Below are positions 1-11,675 of a stretch of 64,000 bases of DNA, one piece after another. Positions within the stretch are counted from its first letter, which is position 1. Each line of letters starts with the position of its first letter. A program made the translations under genes and the position numbers. This stretch comes from Trypanosoma brucei (taxonomy: Eukaryota), in the NCBI GenBank assembly GCA_000002445.1, contig CM000207.1, forward strand, positions 480,001 through 544,000, read 5' to 3'. The notes beneath the pieces are model-generated. The model did no database searches and was not told the DNA's origin. It worked only from the letters and a program-made list of their open reading frames with translations.

Positions 1-1458
1 GCCACGGTCTCCGTCCTTGTGCGTGGTGACCGACTTGCTACAAGGACAAATGCCATCATTACACACAGTTTCGCAGTTAGTATAAGTTAAAGCAGGAACG
101 GAAGCCGCTCGTTGAGGAGCCCGTCCTCTTCTTGTCCGGGACTTTGTCCTCCGGTAGTCCATTTGAGCTCCATAGAAATCCCTTTCGCTGGCAAGCAGAT
201 ATTGAATTTGTACTGGCCCGTCCACAGACCTCAATGTTTTCTGCACTTCGCTGCAGCATAGGGCACTGGGTTCATCAACCGTGAACACAAGGACCTGAGG
301 ATGATGAAGTGCAATAGCCGTGCGGCGTGGATGCGCCCGTCTACCATAACAAAGATGTGTGACAGCGGACTCCATAGCGGAATTGGCCCGTCGTCTACGC
401 AATGAGGGTTGTTGTATTGACTTCGGTATCGGTGACTCACTCGCTTCTGCTGTTGCTGCGTTTTGTGGGAACAAAAGTTCCGCTACCTCCTTTTCCCTTC
501 TCCGGCGCCATGGTCTCAGGCGATCCACGACAACAGCTTCTACAGCTGGAAGTGCGTGGAGTGCAGGAAGCATATCATAGAAACCGCTATCCCGTGCCAT
601 ATCTAACTCCTTCCCCCAGTCGAAAAACAAAAAAAAAAAAAGAAAAAAATCAATCCCCGTACTGCACAAACTAAACTTTCGTACTGTATTTCTGTGCCCA
701 CTTACTTGTCCCTAACGGAAGTACTGATTTTCGTTTTCGAGAATCCTTTTTCTAACAGTTCTTCTTCAAGCTCCTTTCCCCTGTATTTTTTGTTGTTGCG
801 AAGGGAGGGGAGCTGAGGGAACAAAACAAAGAGAAGTACCAAAAGAGTCTTTGCATTTGGGAGAGCAAATATCCCTTTTCCTGCAGGTAGGGGTAGACGT
901 AGAGGAAATACAAATACCAACAGTGATGTGGGTCCTCCAACACAAACTTGAAGCACAAAAAGGCACCCACGCAATTCCAAATCCATTGTATTCTTGGTAG
1001 GGAGTTGTCCAAGAAGTTCAAAAACATACACAAAAACACACGCCAGCAAACGTAAGACGAACAAGGAGGGAAATGGGGTTCACACCTTGGTTTGTTTTTT
1101 TTTCTTTTACCCAACGTCCCCACCATTCGTCTTTTCCCCCTTGTCATAATCACATGCCAATGACTGCGGCCACCCCTATATCTTCCTTTCGTCCATATTT
1201 GCACTCACCCTTTAGTTTATTTCTTTCTCCCTTAGAGTCATGTCTCCTTCCTCTCTCTCTCTCTTTCTCTCTTCTTTTCTTTTCTTTTTTTTTCTTACTC
1301 CCCTCTTCCACCCATTCAACTCTCCGCCATGCCTCGTCCCGTGCACACCTTTTTTGCGGTCCACTTCCTTTTTCCCCTTCAACAAATCCGCCACCCGCCA
1401 CCGTTCCACTTATTTCACCTCTTATTTTTTTTTCTTCCTTTTACCCAAAAAATGTTTA

Positions 1459-2175
1459 TTACATACGCCGCACCGCAGGGGCATCGTAGAGCCCATTCAC
1501 TTCCCATTGTGGAACTAATATATCGCTCACCATAAACGATAGCGGCACTGGCGGCTGAAGCGGTTGCCCAACTGTTTCTTCAATAGCCCGCTCAATGGCT
1601 GATTCGTTCAAATCCAGTGGGTTGACAGGCGGGAGCGGGAACCGGCGATGCTGCGACCCTCCGCTACGCCAGGAGGATTGAAGGGCTAAAAAATAGCTTT
1701 TACCAACAGGTAATCCTTCTCCCCACAATTCGCGTGTATCATCGCCATGAATAACACCGGAGGTGCGGTTAGCGGGAAATGGGACGCCAGCACATGTGAG
1801 TGGGACATGCGGCGATGTGGACAACACGCCGCTGCTTTGATTATGGCGGCCCACCTGCCACTCACGTGCAAGCTCCGATTCCTTTACGGAAAGCCATGAA
1901 CGTCGCAACATCGAGGCTTCACCAAACGGTATCGGTAACGGTACTACTCCTGCGCATTCAGTTGGAACAGTTATATTTGGCATGTGTTTTCCTCCTGATG
2001 TGGCTGAACGGTGCTCTGACGCCCCCGGGTCCTTTTCGGTATTATTGGTATAATTGCAGATGCCGGGGGAGGAGCCTCGCTGACCCATCAATGGGGAAAC
2101 GCCACCGGGCAGCGCCAGTGTCGATAAATGCCCCACGCGCCCTTCACCTTCCCTTCGCCTCCTCGTTTTTGCCAC
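1459..2175 (-). CDS. hypothetical protein (238 aa)
   Basis: The longest ORF in the only non-low-complexity block between 1.4 and 2.2 kb. Its boundaries coincide with the edges of that complex block. No recognisable motif. Strand is ambiguous because a 222-aa plus-strand ORF overlaps it. Confidence 0.35.
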   Translation of the reverse strand: MAKTRRRREGEGRVGHLSTLALPGGVSPLMGQRGSSPGICNYTNNTEKDPGASEHRSATSGGKHMPNITVPTECAGVVPLPIPFGEASMLRRSWLSVKESELAREWQVGRHNQSSGVLSTSPHVPLTCAGVPFPANRTSGVIHGDDTRELWGEGLPVGKSYFLALQSSWRSGGSQHRRFPLPPVNPLDLNESAIERAIEETVGQPLQPPVPLSFMVSDILVPQWEVNGLYDAPAVRRM

Positions 2176-2688
2176 ACAATCAAATCCTCACGAACCTTAC
2201 TAATATATGTATCTATCTTAATATATATATATATATATGTGTGTGTATATGTATGTGTATGTATGTGTATGTGTTTGTGAGTACTTATCCTTATTTGCTT
2301 TTTTTTTCTTTTGCTTGCTTGTGTGCTATCCCCTCCTTTATCCTGGTGCTCCTTTTCTTGCGCAGCCCTCCCCTTTCTCCTTCCTTCTTTGCCTTTAAGT
2401 TGTCGTATAACTACAAATACCCTTTTCTTTCTTCTACCCCTCTAGAAGGGATTAAAAATATGAATTAAGTTGTGTCTTCACCACTTGCGTAAGTGTGGTA
2501 TTGTTTCCTCTGCCGCTTCAAATTTTTTTAAGGAGGGGGAGGGAAAAAAAAAATCTCAACAACTGCAGTTCCTTTTCCTCTTCTTCACTTGACGTAAAGA
2601 TGGTCACGTGATTAAGATTCCGTGGGTACACGTTGCTGAAACTTCTCTCTTCTTCCTTTCACTAATGATGTGTCCGGCTTTTTTTTTC

Positions 2689-2692
<4 letters not shown>

Positions 2693-2726
<34 letters not shown>
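2693..2726. repeat. (TA)n microsatellite. Similar tracts lie at 2221-2238, 7851-7879, 11641-11670 and 23031-23048.
   Basis: Perfect dinucleotide runs read directly from the sequence. Confidence 0.95.
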
Positions 2727-2728
<2 letters not shown>

Positions 2729-4755
2729 TAAAAAGAAAAACTTTTATTCGACTACTACTACTTCTCCTGCTGCAGCGTGTGTCGCTTTCTTCGGTTTTAT
2801 TGTTTATTTATTTTGAAACTTCTCGCCCTTGCGAACAGAGACGACACAACACTTTGAAAAACCAGATGAGAGATTAAAAAGAAAAAAAATTGAAAAAGTA
2901 AGAGACACCCTTTCCCCTCTTGTTTCTCTTCCTTCCCTCTTTCTACTTTACAATAAAAAAAAGGGTAAAATAATAATAATAATGTATCAAATATTTATTT
3001 ATTTTATCCTCTTTCCCTTGGCGTTATCCTCCTCTTTTACGGCTGCTCAAGAAGATTAAAAGGAAAAAAAAAAACAGATGCTGATAGATTTTTTTCTGTT
3101 TTTTTTGTCTTCATACTGATAGAATATTAATATTAAAACAGTAATGGTCACACAATCATTTATCATACGAAATATTATGGAATAGTTGCGGCAACGCACG
3201 CTTAAGCAGCAATGAGGAGAAAAAAGAAAATTTTATTTTTTATTTCGTTTTAAAGCATTTTTTTTAAAAAAAAGGAAAAACAACAGAACCCAAACAATTT
3301 TGAGCTATCGCCTCACCGTAGCAAGGGTGAAAGAATAATAAAAATAATAGTAATGGCAACCAGAAACTAAAAGTAAAAAAAAAAAAAGAAAAATGACATA
3401 TTCCTCTCCTTCCCACCTTTTCACTCGCCCAAACCCCTTTTTTTTTCTTTCGGTTAAGTGCGAGCAAACCGCTCGTCACCAACAGGAAGCGAAAAGGGTC
3501 AAAAAAGAAAACAAAAACAAAAATCGTCCAGACGCGCAAACGAAGCAGTTGAACGAAATTGTTGGAGGAAGGAAGGAATGAAGGGGGAAAAAAAAAGAAA
3601 GAAAAAAACATTAAACAAGTGGTGCTCACAGTGTAGAGAGTACATCAACTTTAAAATAGGAAAATAATTTAAAGAAACTGAAGGCAAACAACCCAATGGG
3701 TTAAGCTCAAACAAAATACAAATATTCTTGCGTTTCCCATACACCGTAGTTTATTTATTTTTTTTTTGTCATTTTGAAAAAAAATTATATCCCTTCCTCC
3801 TTTCTCTTTTCTCTGTTTCTCGTGTTTTTACTTGCTTGATTTTGTTTCCCTTTCACTCTTATTCCACTTTCTTGCGTTCCCTCAGGTGATGAAAGGAAGA
3901 ATTTATCTTTTGTTTATTTTTATATTTGCTTTAGAGGGGAAGAGAAATAAGCAAGGGCCGGGTGTGTGAGAGGGGGAAAAAAAACATAACAAAAATAAAA
4001 ACAATTGGATTTTAGTTGAGGGCACAAAAGTAAGTAAAAACATAAATTTTGATGAAACATAAGTTTATTCTCTATATATTCATTCGAATTTTTACAGAAG
4101 TTGTGTATGAACACACATGAATATTTATATAAATTAATTATGAAAATGTGAGGCAGGATGGAGTGAACGGTGAGCACCGCCTATCCATCCAAGTAGAGGG
4201 GGGAAAATATGCGTAAAAAACATATATTAATTTTTTTTTTTTACTACGTCACCCTTTCTTCATTATCATTCCTCACGCGCCGCCAAGCACAGTCAAAACA
4301 ACAAACAAGCATACACACCAAAACATGAACAATCAAACGAGTACATAAAAGTATATATATATGCCTGCCCACGTTTGTACTTACGGCTGATTAAACGTAT
4401 ATAAGTAGATACAAACACACACACGTACATATACATATATGTAGTAGTTGGAACATTCATTTCATATTCATATGCACGTGTATGATTTGCTCACCCCGGT
4501 TTCCACCTCCCTGTTTTTTTTTCCTTTCCTAGTGCTTACTTAACTCGCACACACACTCTCTTTCCACTCCACATCCCCTTCTATAATCAGAAACAAAAGA
4601 AAGGAAAAGAAAAGCAAAACAGTTCATATCCGTTCAGACAGTCATCAAGATGAGTAATGGGCACAGAGAGCTAACTGAGCCTTTACTCGAGCACGACGGT
4701 ACACAGACATTAGGGCAGACAAAAGAAAAACCAGAAGAGAATATAAACACACATT

Positions 4756-6990
4756 TCACGCCTTCGTGTATAAGGCCAGTGGTAACCGCCGTAACAAACG
4801 CTGAAGCAGCAGCTCGTGGAGCATCACGCGCCGAAGTGCCGTCACATCCTCTTGCGTGAAGGTTAAAGCGACGCCGTTGACAACACACCACGCCACGTGA
4901 CACACAAAAACACCACAATCAGACGAATTCTGCTGTTGAGGTGCGACATCAAACCAACCATTTGTCGCGTCGTAACCGCAGCAGCTTCCAACTGGTGTGG
5001 CTACAGTCAACCTTCGTTGATCAGCAGCACCATTCACACGCGGTTGATAGCCTCTTTCAGCCTTAACGGTATGATTGCTATTAGCATCGTCACTATCACA
5101 CAAAATACGCCGCGCTTCCTCAAATGTGTGGTGAAGCGCCCCAAGCACAGTACTTCCCTGTGGCACAGGGGCATTTCCGTACAGCAAACTGTCGTAATAT
5201 GTCCATCTGTTTCGTTCCCAATCAAGTACGGCAAGTGTCCAGTGCGACTGCCACAAGTTGACAGGCACAAGCACAATGCGGGTGGTACCCGATTGCAAGA
5301 TATGCCGACGCCTTTTCAGCCAACGGAGGACACCACTGTTTTGCTCAAGAGTTGGGAATCCGCCCGACGAGGGGTTCAAACCGGCATTTCCTATTCGCAT
5401 CTCTTGCTGTACTTTGGCATAGAAATGTGTCCCCATAGACACCGCAGCTTCACAGCCAGCCCTCACATTATACTCGTCACAAATTAGTCCCAGGTAGGCG
5501 TTGATAATTTGGTCGTTTAACCACACGCCTGGTGCCAATGTCGACAACTGCCGGTACGTTATTGCTATTCCGCTCTTGAGTGACACAGCAACCCTCTCCT
5601 GCTCACCAGAGTTCTGAGATCGCGAGCTGTCCCATTTGCCCGTCGTTAGAGTTGTCTCAAAAACAGCTCTATCATCCTCGTCCTCGGCAAGCTCACATAT
5701 ATATGCAGCCTTTCCACATTCGATGTGGCGACGTATGCCATGTGAAAGCGCCTTTGTCGCAACTAAACTTTTCGAAGTTGGTTCCACTTTGGCGACAAGA
5801 GCGCGCATGACATACGACTCCAGAGCTCGTTGAGCCATATGATTAAAGAAATTTATGCACTTTCTTGCCTCTACCTCAACAGCACTCCTCACAAAGTCGC
5901 CCAGTACGATCTCATAAATGTAACGCACCTTCCTGTCGACATCTGTGTCAACGGCGCGCAAAAGAGTTTCGTTACTGTCGTTAAGAGCGCTGTACTGCTG
6001 CGGCCAGCGTGGGTAAAGGTGTTGGCGTTTTTCCTCTGCATTCATTGTGACCGAAGTGATGCTGCCTCCCTTGCTGTCACCACGGAGTTTCCCTTCGACG
6101 TCACGAAGGCAAGCGGCAAGTTTATCACCCCTTTTGTCTCGGATGCACCGACCAACATCCGCGCCGTAGTTTTCGGCAGCATCACGGCACTGCCGCTTAA
6201 AGCTCGCCGCGGCTGCGCTCAAATGTTGTTCTCTCACCTGTTTAGGCCTTTTCGGTGCCTCCTTTCCCGATGTGGGAAGAAGTTGATTGTTAGTGCGCTC
6301 CATTATAAACCGGTCCCCACGGTCGTGCACCGGCTCACACATCAGAGACATTGGCTTTTCCCACTCAGAGAGGTACGGTGATGTGAACCGTTGCCGCACA
6401 TGACCAACAGAGTGGGTGCTCAGCTGCTCAACGGAATAGTGCTCGCTGCCCTCTATTTGTGCATCGGGAAGGCGATATGTTGCCCTCGCAGCAGGCTGTG
6501 AGATCTTCAGCTTTTGCCATTGCCGTTCCTTTTCACTCTCTGTGGTGATTTCCTGGGAATTATTGGGTGTAGTCCACGCAGCATCGCGTTCCAGTGGCGA
6601 TAGTGAGTCGTCTGCCACGCTCATCGAGAGCGGAGTGTCCCGTTTATCCTCTGACAAGATGCACCGGAGCAAGCTTTCCATTCCTTTTGCGATAACACTC
6701 GTTCCCATATGCCTGCTACTTTTTCCTTTCAGTCGTTTATGGGCACAAAGATGCCCAGATGGATATACATCACCAGCAGCGTCGTTAGCAGTGGCACGGG
6801 ATTGCTGCTGAGGTGGGGGCGAAGGAGTAACGCTTCTGCTGCCCGCTTCATTTGCCGGTCGCTGGCCCAGCGGAGGCGTGCAGGGATTCGTTCCAGCCTC
6901 ACACGTCTCTTCTGAAGTTGTCGGGGCCCTGCGTGAGCGGTGTAAAGATGGCAATATCCATCCAGCGGCATTTAAAAGGATATCTGCCAT
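4756..6990 (-). CDS. Ulp1/SENP-family SUMO-specific cysteine protease (peptidase C48), 744 aa
   Basis: The C-terminal domain carries WLNDQIINAYL, the His box HWTLAVLD, Asp in YYDSL, and QQQNSSDCGVFVCHVAW. Together these match the Ulp1 catalytic His-Asp-Gln-Cys signature. Confidence 0.8.
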   Translation of the reverse strand: MADILLNAAGWILPSLHRSRRAPTTSEETCEAGTNPCTPPLGQRPANEAGSRSVTPSPPPQQQSRATANDAAGDVYPSGHLCAHKRLKGKSSRHMGTSVIAKGMESLLRCILSEDKRDTPLSMSVADDSLSPLERDAAWTTPNNSQEITTESEKERQWQKLKISQPAARATYRLPDAQIEGSEHYSVEQLSTHSVGHVRQRFTSPYLSEWEKPMSLMCEPVHDRGDRFIMERTNNQLLPTSGKEAPKRPKQVREQHLSAAAASFKRQCRDAAENYGADVGRCIRDKRGDKLAACLRDVEGKLRGDSKGGSITSVTMNAEEKRQHLYPRWPQQYSALNDSNETLLRAVDTDVDRKVRYIYEIVLGDFVRSAVEVEARKCINFFNHMAQRALESYVMRALVAKVEPTSKSLVATKALSHGIRRHIECGKAAYICELAEDEDDRAVFETTLTTGKWDSSRSQNSGEQERVAVSLKSGIAITYRQLSTLAPGVWLNDQIINAYLGLICDEYNVRAGCEAAVSMGTHFYAKVQQEMRIGNAGLNPSSGGFPTLEQNSGVLRWLKRRRHILQSGTTRIVLVPVNLWQSHWTLAVLDWERNRWTYYDSLLYGNAPVPQGSTVLGALHHTFEEARRILCDSDDANSNHTVKAERGYQPRVNGAADQRRLTVATPVGSCCGYDATNGWFDVAPQQQNSSDCGVFVCHVAWCVVNGVALTFTQEDVTALRRVMLHELLLQRLLRRLPLALYTKA

Positions 6991-7847
6991 TTTATGGTCA
7001 CAAAATATGTCAGATAACGAAAAGGTAAATAAATAAATAAATAGCCGCTTCTACACCGTTTCCACAATTTGCACTACTACTTCGACCTGTGCTATCAGTT
7101 TCCGCAATGTTGAGGAGACTGCTACCCCACAGATGACCTACCGAACGGAAAGAAGTGGTGGAGAAATAAAGATGAACGAAACGTTTTAAATGAATCCCAA
7201 AATGCGGCACCACGACATGTAGCAATAATTGAGGCATATGTGTTCAACCCCCTCCTCCATTCCCCCTGCGGAGATTTACTCTGGTGAACTGAAAATAACA
7301 AATGAGACAAACACAGGAAAGTATCAAAAACATGGGTGGCAACAGGCACTTATCTCCCTTTTCCTTCGCTTTGGGGTCCCATGCACGCATTCACGCTAAA
7401 CAACAAAAACACCTACCCTACGCGTATACATATACAAAAAAAAGAAAAGCGAGAATGAGGGGTGCGGCGACTGACTGCGCCACCAGCGCACTGCCATTGC
7501 CACGGAAGTGTTTAAGAGAATGGAGCTTAATAAATTTTGCGGAAGAGCGAAGTAGGAACTATCGCGACCCACTCGCACTAAGCTCTTCGCTGTTACTCCC
7601 CTTTCCGACACCTTCGCTTGCCGCTTAGCGTTAAAATTCTCCGTATACAGAAGACCCAAACCACATTCCGATTTCCCTCTCTCTCTCTCTCGTACTCATG
7701 TCGATTCACAGATATGTTTCCCTCACTTCAAAAACGGAAAACCTTTTAGATTGAAGGTGCAACGTACAATCAAACTAGTTAAACGCTTATTCTTCATGAC
7801 GGTAACAGTAATGATAACAATAGTTTCTCGGACAATCAGGAGGTTTG

Positions 7848-7881
<34 letters not shown>

Positions 7882-9275
7882 TTCCATAAACATAAAGCAA
7901 ACTATGAAATAAAAAGTGAAAAGTAAATGGAGGGAATAGCAAAAGCAACCTGCACCCACACCCTCACTAATGTTAAGTTGCATCATCGAGCAATATGACA
8001 CATCACCTTGCCCTTCTTTTCCCTCCCTTTTAGTAACCTGTGAAGTGAAGTTGCGGTCCGTCAAACTTTTCCCCCCCACCCATCACATTCATCCCTTACG
8101 CGACAACAAGGGCTAAAAAACAAAAAGGGAACTATAGCTAAAATGTGGCTACCTCCACATTTGCACAGACACAAACACACACGTGCACACGCACACATTG
8201 GGTAACACGCAACCGAGAAAACGGCATAAAAAGAAATAACTCAGTACATAAAAAACCACAAGTGACATAAAGCAAACAATCAAAATTACAAATACACAGG
8301 TGCATATCACACGGGTGTATCCGCGTATGTTGCCCTTATATTCAACACAATGCGCGTCAACAATCCTCTCGTCTCATGCAGGAAGCGGCACTGGTGTGTA
8401 AACATATCCGCCCCATACTCCCTCCTCAGTAAACGAGCGTGAGGAGGAATGGTCAATACATCTCGGATGAACACACATCAGCGTCCCCCACATATGCCTC
8501 GACAGAGGAACACAAGTTTTTAAGTGTATGTAAACTATTGCATACATCACTTTACAGTTTCAAACAGTCAAGTGTATCACATGAGCGCACCATTCGAGAA
8601 ACCCCTCATCCCTCACTTGCCCTAAAGGGCATAAAGAATTGTGAAGGATGAAGAACTAGCAGACAGTAAGAAACGCACAGAGAGAAGTTTTGCGACCACC
8701 TCAACGTCATGTTTGCCGCATTTATAACAAGCACCATTGGATACAGCAGATCACACCTTCACTGCCAACCAATGCGCCGTGTGATGCAATGCGTTTGTAT
8801 GTATGTATGTGCACTTATGTAAGGGAAAAGAAGGAACATAATAATAAGTTGCAAAGAGAGAACATATGTCGCCCGTCACATCCAGGTGTTGCAGGAGGTC
8901 GGTACCACCCACTACAGGAAAACGAAGAGAACATTGGCATAAAACATGGCAACGGTAAAAGTCAAACAAACAAACAAAAAGAAAAGAAAAAAGAAAAATA
9001 AAAGGCGATCGACCAAAAGTACCCTTTCCCCACCATAACTCGTCCTTGTGGCAATCCTCTGGACAGGGCTGACTAGCGCACGTCGCATGCCGACAAGAGA
9101 TAAGAAGGGTGAAGGATCTGGGAGGGAAGAAAGTAAGAAAGAAAAAAAAGAAAGGCCGTTGTGAGGATGTAGAAAAACTCAGGTATCACAGTTGCGGACA
9201 CATTTTCATCTTGTTTTCACAGTACCAACTGTGACAGCGCCTGCACATCAGTCCACCTTCAGCCACTGCTTTGCA

Positions 9276-11615
9276 TCAATTGACAACTCCTGTGCATTCT
9301 TCAACGCTTGGCAATAGCGGCAAACCACAGGCAAGTGCCGCAGCCTCAAAGTCTGTTTCTCTCCATGGACTTTCAATTTGTCCACTCCGCACCGCCTCAG
9401 CTGCCCAATGACCCAGCAGAAAATACCTGTGCTGGAGCAGCTCCACCACAGTAGGCCGCTTTGCTGGCACGCGCGAGAGGCAGCGGCGCAGCATTCCGCG
9501 ACACTCTTCTGATAGTTGCTGGGGAAGTGGAACGTCGTGAAAGTTGTCCTCAACGTAGTTTTTGATGTTATTCATCCACATACGGCTCAGTTCAGCACCC
9601 GCCAATCGTTTGCGCGACTGACCTGTGTTCCCTGGATACAGATCCTCATACAGAGCACCGCGCGGCGTCGCAAGCTCAATAAATGTCATCGCAAACGCGT
9701 AGACGTCGCTGGCAGGCGTCAGTACTCCACTTCCCATGCTTTCAGGCGCAAGATGCGGCACACTACCCAGAAGGTGTGACACGTCTTCCTTTTCGCTCAA
9801 CAAAACTGATCGTATACGACCATAGTGACCCAACTTGACGAGAATTTTGCTCTTGCGATGGTACACATCAGCGGAGGAGTGGATACTGCCATCTCCCGTT
9901 CTTTGTTGACCACAAACAAGAACAGGTGTGGGGTGCCCTCTAGAACTGAGCAGACCCCTCGCTTCCACTTCTCCTCCACTCCTGATGTATGCTGTGGTAC
10001 TATTCTCTGCAATGCTACCACACTCGGCGAAGGACAGAGCATGTGGAAAGGCATGTGTACTGCTAACAGAACCATCTTTAGCAACCTTCCCCCCTTTAAA
10101 CAACCCGTTGGTGCCGAAATTAGTGCCTTCCACACTGGAATTGGAGGATGGAATAGAAACCACCTCACCGTCAATGTATGAGCAATCCTGGATGAGGTGC
10201 TTCACTTCATCGTCTACCCAATGACTGCAGCCGCTATCGCAGTCATCACACTCTGTTCGAGCACGATTTGCCACAATGCTGACAGCCCTTTCCCCCCGCC
10301 GTAGTATTGGATCCGTTCGCTGGCTCCCATACGGCTCATTTTTTGCACCACCGACAGACCTGTGGTGGACTGTGGGCGTCCTCTGCCTGAAGCTACGGCC
10401 AGTCGCCCTCTCCGCAGCGTTTCGTCCTTCGCAGTGCCCGGCACTTCCTTCTGCACGCGATGCGCTAGGTTCGGTGCCAGTGAGGAAGTGGGTGGCATCG
10501 GTAGTGGTGCTTATCAGCGCACGGGAAACTGCGCGTGATGACGCCTTATCGAGACGCCCAGCGGGAATGTCAGAAATGTATGCCGGGTACGCAGTACCGT
10601 ACACGCGGCTAATCGGGTTACTAATGAATATATTCTTGGCACATAGGTCACCGTGAGGTATGTCTGCTTCATGAAGGACAGCCAATGCAAGGAGCACCTC
10701 ACGCATATATGCTCGCACCGTGAGTTCATGCATATAGGCTTTACCAAATTTATCTGGAACCTCTTTCAGTAGAACATCACGAAGCGTCCCGTACTTCGCG
10801 TACTCCATGTAAACACGTAGCTTAGCATTCTTTTGAGGCAGATCGACGCTAAGTGCAGGGTTTTTCAACAAAACAAGAGGATCAGCACAAAAAGGCAACG
10901 TCCTTGATGCCGCTTCAGCGCAACTAGTAGATACACCACCGCTTCCGTTATCCGAGTTATCTGGTACTCGCTCAACCAAAAACACCTTCAGCAACCGGTT
11001 GTTGGATTTCAAGTGACAGAGGTGTTCTGCTTCCTTTACCAGCTGCTCAGAAGTGGCCCAACTGAGATTTTTCATGGAATACTCTTTGCATGCAATAAGA
11101 TATTTCATGTGATGATCACTCCCTTCATCAGTACGGTCCCCCTTTTCTCCCGCACCCTTCCACAAACTTCTGGGCACCGTACACACCGTCATATCTGCGA
11201 GTGTTACATCGCTAAACATGCCCCGTCCTACCCGCCGTTCCAAAGCCCTCATGTGATACATTGTTAGCCTATTTGGCTCTCTTACCACCGCAACGGTCAA
11301 CTCACTTGTTTTCCTCATTAACCCATTACCATTTTGTATTCCCTTTTCATCCCCAGCTCTCGGATGGATCGAGCTGCGATGCTTCTCAATACGGGCTGGT
11401 TCATCAATCGGGGCGCTGTAGCGTCGGCAGCCTTCTTCCAGTTGCTTGTTGTACCACTCACACAAGGAAGAGGAAGGAGAGTAAGGAAGCACAACACTGT
11501 CATCCTCTTCTTCCTCTAATCGCCTCACACCCTTATGCGCCCCGCTCCTCCTGCAGCAAACCCCAACAGCCCACCCTCCATCATGGCTCTTCGTGGTGGA
11601 AGTGTTGCACCCCAT
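9276..11615 (-). CDS. protein kinase-like protein with large insertion. The start is trimmed to MGCNTS (780 aa); the track ORF 9276..11867 reads through an upstream (TA)n tract.
   Basis: Kinase subdomains are present: catalytic loop HGDLCAKN, an APE-like HLAPES, and the C-lobe DVYAFAMTFIELAT...RPTVVELLQHRYF. The DFG position reads HYG. About 290 aa are inserted between the catalytic loop and the DFG-equivalent. The N-terminus MGCNTS fits a myristoylation/palmitoylation consensus. Confidence 0.75.
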   Translation of the reverse strand: MGCNTSTTKSHDGGWAVGVCCRRSGAHKGVRRLEEEEDDSVVLPYSPSSSLCEWYNKQLEEGCRRYSAPIDEPARIEKHRSSIHPRAGDEKGIQNGNGLMRKTSELTVAVVREPNRLTMYHMRALERRVGRGMFSDVTLADMTVCTVPRSLWKGAGEKGDRTDEGSDHHMKYLIACKEYSMKNLSWATSEQLVKEAEHLCHLKSNNRLLKVFLVERVPDNSDNGSGGVSTSCAEAASRTLPFCADPLVLLKNPALSVDLPQKNAKLRVYMEYAKYGTLRDVLLKEVPDKFGKAYMHELTVRAYMREVLLALAVLHEADIPHGDLCAKNIFISNPISRVYGTAYPAYISDIPAGRLDKASSRAVSRALISTTTDATHFLTGTEPSASRAEGSAGHCEGRNAAERATGRSFRQRTPTVHHRSVGGAKNEPYGSQRTDPILRRGERAVSIVANRARTECDDCDSGCSHWVDDEVKHLIQDCSYIDGEVVSIPSSNSSVEGTNFGTNGLFKGGKVAKDGSVSSTHAFPHALSFAECGSIAENSTTAYIRSGGEVEARGLLSSRGHPTPVLVCGQQRTGDGSIHSSADVYHRKSKILVKLGHYGRIRSVLLSEKEDVSHLLGSVPHLAPESMGSGVLTPASDVYAFAMTFIELATPRGALYEDLYPGNTGQSRKRLAGAELSRMWMNNIKNYVEDNFHDVPLPQQLSEECRGMLRRCLSRVPAKRPTVVELLQHRYFLLGHWAAEAVRSGQIESPWRETDFEAAALACGLPLLPSVEECTGVVN

Positions 11616-11637
11616 CACGATCAACCTACCTTCTCTA

Positions 11638-11675
<38 letters not shown>

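Noticed and set aside
295-420. Possible box C (AUGAUGA at about 300) of a C/D snoRNA
   Set aside because: No convincing box D (CUGA) or terminal stem was found at the expected distance. A single heptamer match is expected by chance.
1800-2468. 222-aa plus-strand ORF overlapping the 1459..2175 minus ORF
   Set aside because: Its C-terminal half translates (TA)n/(TG)n simple sequence. The minus ORF spans exactly the complex-sequence block. Strand assignment remains uncertain, however.
4897-6381. Plus-strand ORFs of 196 aa and 183 aa inside the SENP gene. Similar antisense ORFs appear inside other genes: 16149..16769, 17085..17540 and 39065..40092.
   Set aside because: They are antisense to well-supported minus-strand CDSs with recognisable domains. 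No independent support exists for them.
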